Below, one piece after another: positions 22,313-23,540 of a DNA stretch of 23,540 nucleotides. The notes beneath the pieces were generated by a model. The model did not search any database, was not told the origin of the DNA, and was given only the letters and a program-made list of their open reading frames with translations. This DNA is from Opitutaceae bacterium (GTDB taxonomy: Bacteria; Verrucomicrobiota; Verrucomicrobiia; Opitutales; Opitutaceae). The translations under genes and the position numbers were made by a program. The DNA lies in the NCBI GenBank assembly GCA_035513275.1, contig DATKCJ010000187.1, positions 1 through 23,540 of the forward strand, given 5' to 3'. Every line of letters starts with the position of its first letter. Position 1 is the first letter of the stretch.

Positions 22313-22714
22313 CTAGTCATCCACATCCGGCTCACGCGCGACGTCGTTGGCGGGGAGGCGGTCCGGGAGGACATAGAAGTAAACCATGAGCCAGAGGCTC
22401 CACGAGTAGCGATAGAGCGCGACCGGCAGTGCGATGCACGCAGCGACGGCAAGTCCTGCGGCCCACACACCTGGCAGTGTGCCGCGCGCCCAAAGGAGAA
22501 CGCACGGGACAACAAACCCAAAGACTGCGATCGAGTAGTTGATCACCATCGGGCCGAGGAAAAAACCTTCGCCGCGGTTCAGCTCGAGATCACATGCCGG
22601 ACACCGTGCGCGAATGCGCAGCGCGCCCGGCGCGAAGAGCGACTTCGCGCCGCAATTCGGACAGCGGAGGTGGAATCCACGGGAGAGAATCTCGCGGCGC
22701 GAAACATGCATCAC
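22313..22714 (-). CDS. DUF983-family zinc-ribbon membrane protein, 133 aa.
   Basis: CPNCGAKSLF...CPACDLEL forms a four-Cys ribbon, followed by two hydrophobic helices (FLGPMVINYSIAVFGFVV...WAAGLAVAACIALPVAL). This is the DUF983 architecture. Confidence 0.65.
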   Translation of the reverse strand: MMHVSRREILSRGFHLRCPNCGAKSLFAPGALRIRARCPACDLELNRGEGFFLGPMVINYSIAVFGFVVPCVLLWARGTLPGVWAAGLAVAACIALPVALYRYSWSLWLMVYFYVLPDRLPANDVAREPDVDD

Positions 22715-22836
22715 TCAAACGAAACTAGATTCCAGTGAAGCAGCGAGAACGGTTCGCCGGGTTCTCAATGCCGGCAGTTCGACGGGGTAGCGGGGCTCTC
22801 GATGAGTGACGTGATGCGACCATGCCTCACCCGTAA

Positions 22837-22879
22837 GGCAGGTCTCTGACCTGCCAGATCCGCGGGTCAGAGACCCGCG
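22837..22879 (-). terminator. Mirror-image tandem hairpins GGCAGGTC-tct-GACCTGCC and CGCGGGTC-aga-GACCCGCG downstream of lnt.
   Basis: The 8-bp perfect stems are at 22837-22855 and 22861-22879. Their cores GGTCTCTGACC and GGTCAGAGACC are reverse complements of each other. They lie 25 nt after the lnt stop at 22904-22906. Confidence 0.45.
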
Positions 22880-22903
22880 CTACTTCGGAAGGCCTTGGCA
22901 CCG

Positions 22904-23540
22904 TCAACTGCCTCGACGGAAGACTCGCAGCCCAAACACCAAGAGAACAATCGCCCCGCACAACGCCACAAACCAGTCGCCGTGGCGCGTGTAGAATGTC
23001 TCGCGGCCGATCCATCGCGCATCTCGCGTGACGGCGACTGTTTCGCCGCCGCGGAAGTAGACGCTGCCGTGCTCGTCCTCGAGTGTCGCTCGAACCGATC
23101 CGTATTCGTCGATCCAGCCGCTCCAGCCGCCGTTGCCGCAGCGCACGATCGGGCGCCGGTTCTCAGCGGCACGAAGGACCGAGTGCGCGGCGTGTTGATA
23201 GGCGGCGGCGCCTTCGCCATACCAGGCGTTGTTCGTCACGTTCACGAGCACCTCGGCGCCGGCGCGCGTAGCTGAGCGCGCGAGATTGGGAAACACATCC
23301 TCGTAGCAAATGAGAATGCCGGCCGAGCGCGGACCCTTGCCCGTCGAGATCGTGAGCGGCGCCGGTGATGTGCCGCGCACGAAGTCGCCCCCGATTGGGA
23401 CGAACTTCTCAAGCCATCCGAATACGGGGCGGATCGGCACGTATTCTCCGAATGGCACGAGATGGCGCTTCACGTAGCGCTCGGCCTGCACGCCATTCTC
23501 CGGGTCGATCACGACGGCGGCGTTGAACCACTTCTCCTCG
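22904..23540 (-). CDS. lnt: Apolipoprotein N-acyltransferase (Lnt), C-terminal CN-hydrolase domain and final transmembrane helix. The gene continues beyond the window end.
   Basis: The catalytic-Cys motif GILICYEDVFP is present, together with the CN-hydrolase pattern (VLVNVTNNAWYG) and a C-terminal transmembrane helix FVALCGAIVLLVFGL. The reading frame stays open from the GTG at 23512 up to 23540, so the true start is outside the window. Confidence 0.8.
   Translation of the reverse strand, partial: EEKWFNAAVVIDPENGVQAERYVKRHLVPFGEYVPIRPVFGWLEKFVPIGGDFVRGTSPAPLTISTGKGPRSAGILICYEDVFPNLARSATRAGAEVLVNVTNNAWYGEGAAAYQHAAHSVLRAAENRRPIVRCGNGGWSGWIDEYGSVRATLEDEHGSVYFRGGETVAVTRDARWIGRETFYTRHGDWFVALCGAIVLLVFGLRVFRRGS

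Noticed and set aside
22867-23275. ORFs 22867..23220 (minus) and 22895..23275 (plus) overlapping lnt.
   Set aside because: Ala/Arg-rich alternative frames. The lnt frame has the ICYE catalytic motif.

Overview
This is a 23.5-kb window from a high-GC (about 65-68%) diderm bacterium: an Lnt lipoprotein N-acyltransferase is present. Genes mostly lack Shine-Dalgarno sequences and several use GTG or TTG starts. The lineage cannot be fixed from this window; the prepilin-like modules and the DUF2911 and DUF983 proteins are consistent with Verrucomicrobiota- or Acidobacteriota-like soil bacteria, but that is a guess.

Gene content, left to right:
- 1-111: the last 111 nt of an IS3-family transposase.
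- 267-1607: a GntP-family permease.
- 1610-2139: a 530-bp pyrimidine-rich spacer with no gene, full of CTCTGTG-type octamer repeats.
- 2140-3435: an M24 Xaa-Pro aminopeptidase.
- 3440-4830: a low-GC (about 50%) insert of roughly 1.4 kb. It carries a MazF/PemK-type toxin with an overlapping upstream antitoxin, an orphan lipoprotein-like ORF, and a 14-bp perfect hairpin.
- 4916-5971: a uroporphyrinogen-decarboxylase-superfamily protein (MtaA/CmuA-like).
- 7750 down to 13536: a long run of seven minus-strand genes. It encodes, in transcription order, a small-subunit/sodium:solute symporter pair, a short protein like the BshC N-terminal domain, a BshB-like LmbE deacetylase, a canonical BshA glycosyltransferase, a translationally coupled SAM methyltransferase, and a 544-aa secreted protein whose C-terminus is a pseudopilin-like module. 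Taken together this looks like a bacillithiol or N-methyl-bacillithiol-type low-molecular-weight thiol locus with an unusually minimal BshC. It also has a striking tandem 20-bp palindromic operator in front of bshB.
- 13630-16179: an 888-aa secreted fusion of a PIG-L/LmbE deacetylase domain with a ThuA/class-I-glutamine-amidotransferase-like domain.
- 16397-17272: a DUF2911-like periplasmic protein.
- 17685-18209 and 18321-19382: a divergent pair, a GNAT acetyltransferase of the phosphinothricin-acetyltransferase type and an Old Yellow Enzyme reductase.
- 19562-21661: an NfeD-flotillin pair.
- 21756-22209: a ParE/RelE-like toxin and its antitoxin, preceded by a promoter-operator structure.
- 22313-22714: a DUF983 zinc-ribbon membrane protein.
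- 22904 to the window end: the 3' end of lnt.

Recurring non-genic signals: a dispersed, often inverted-paired octamer repeat family (YCTCTGTG, three tandem units ending in GTGAA) at three intergenic loci, and several GC-rich stem-loop terminators. One terminator is bidirectional with an A6/T6 stem, and two are mirror-image tandem hairpins after lnt. No rRNA, tRNA or CRISPR was seen.
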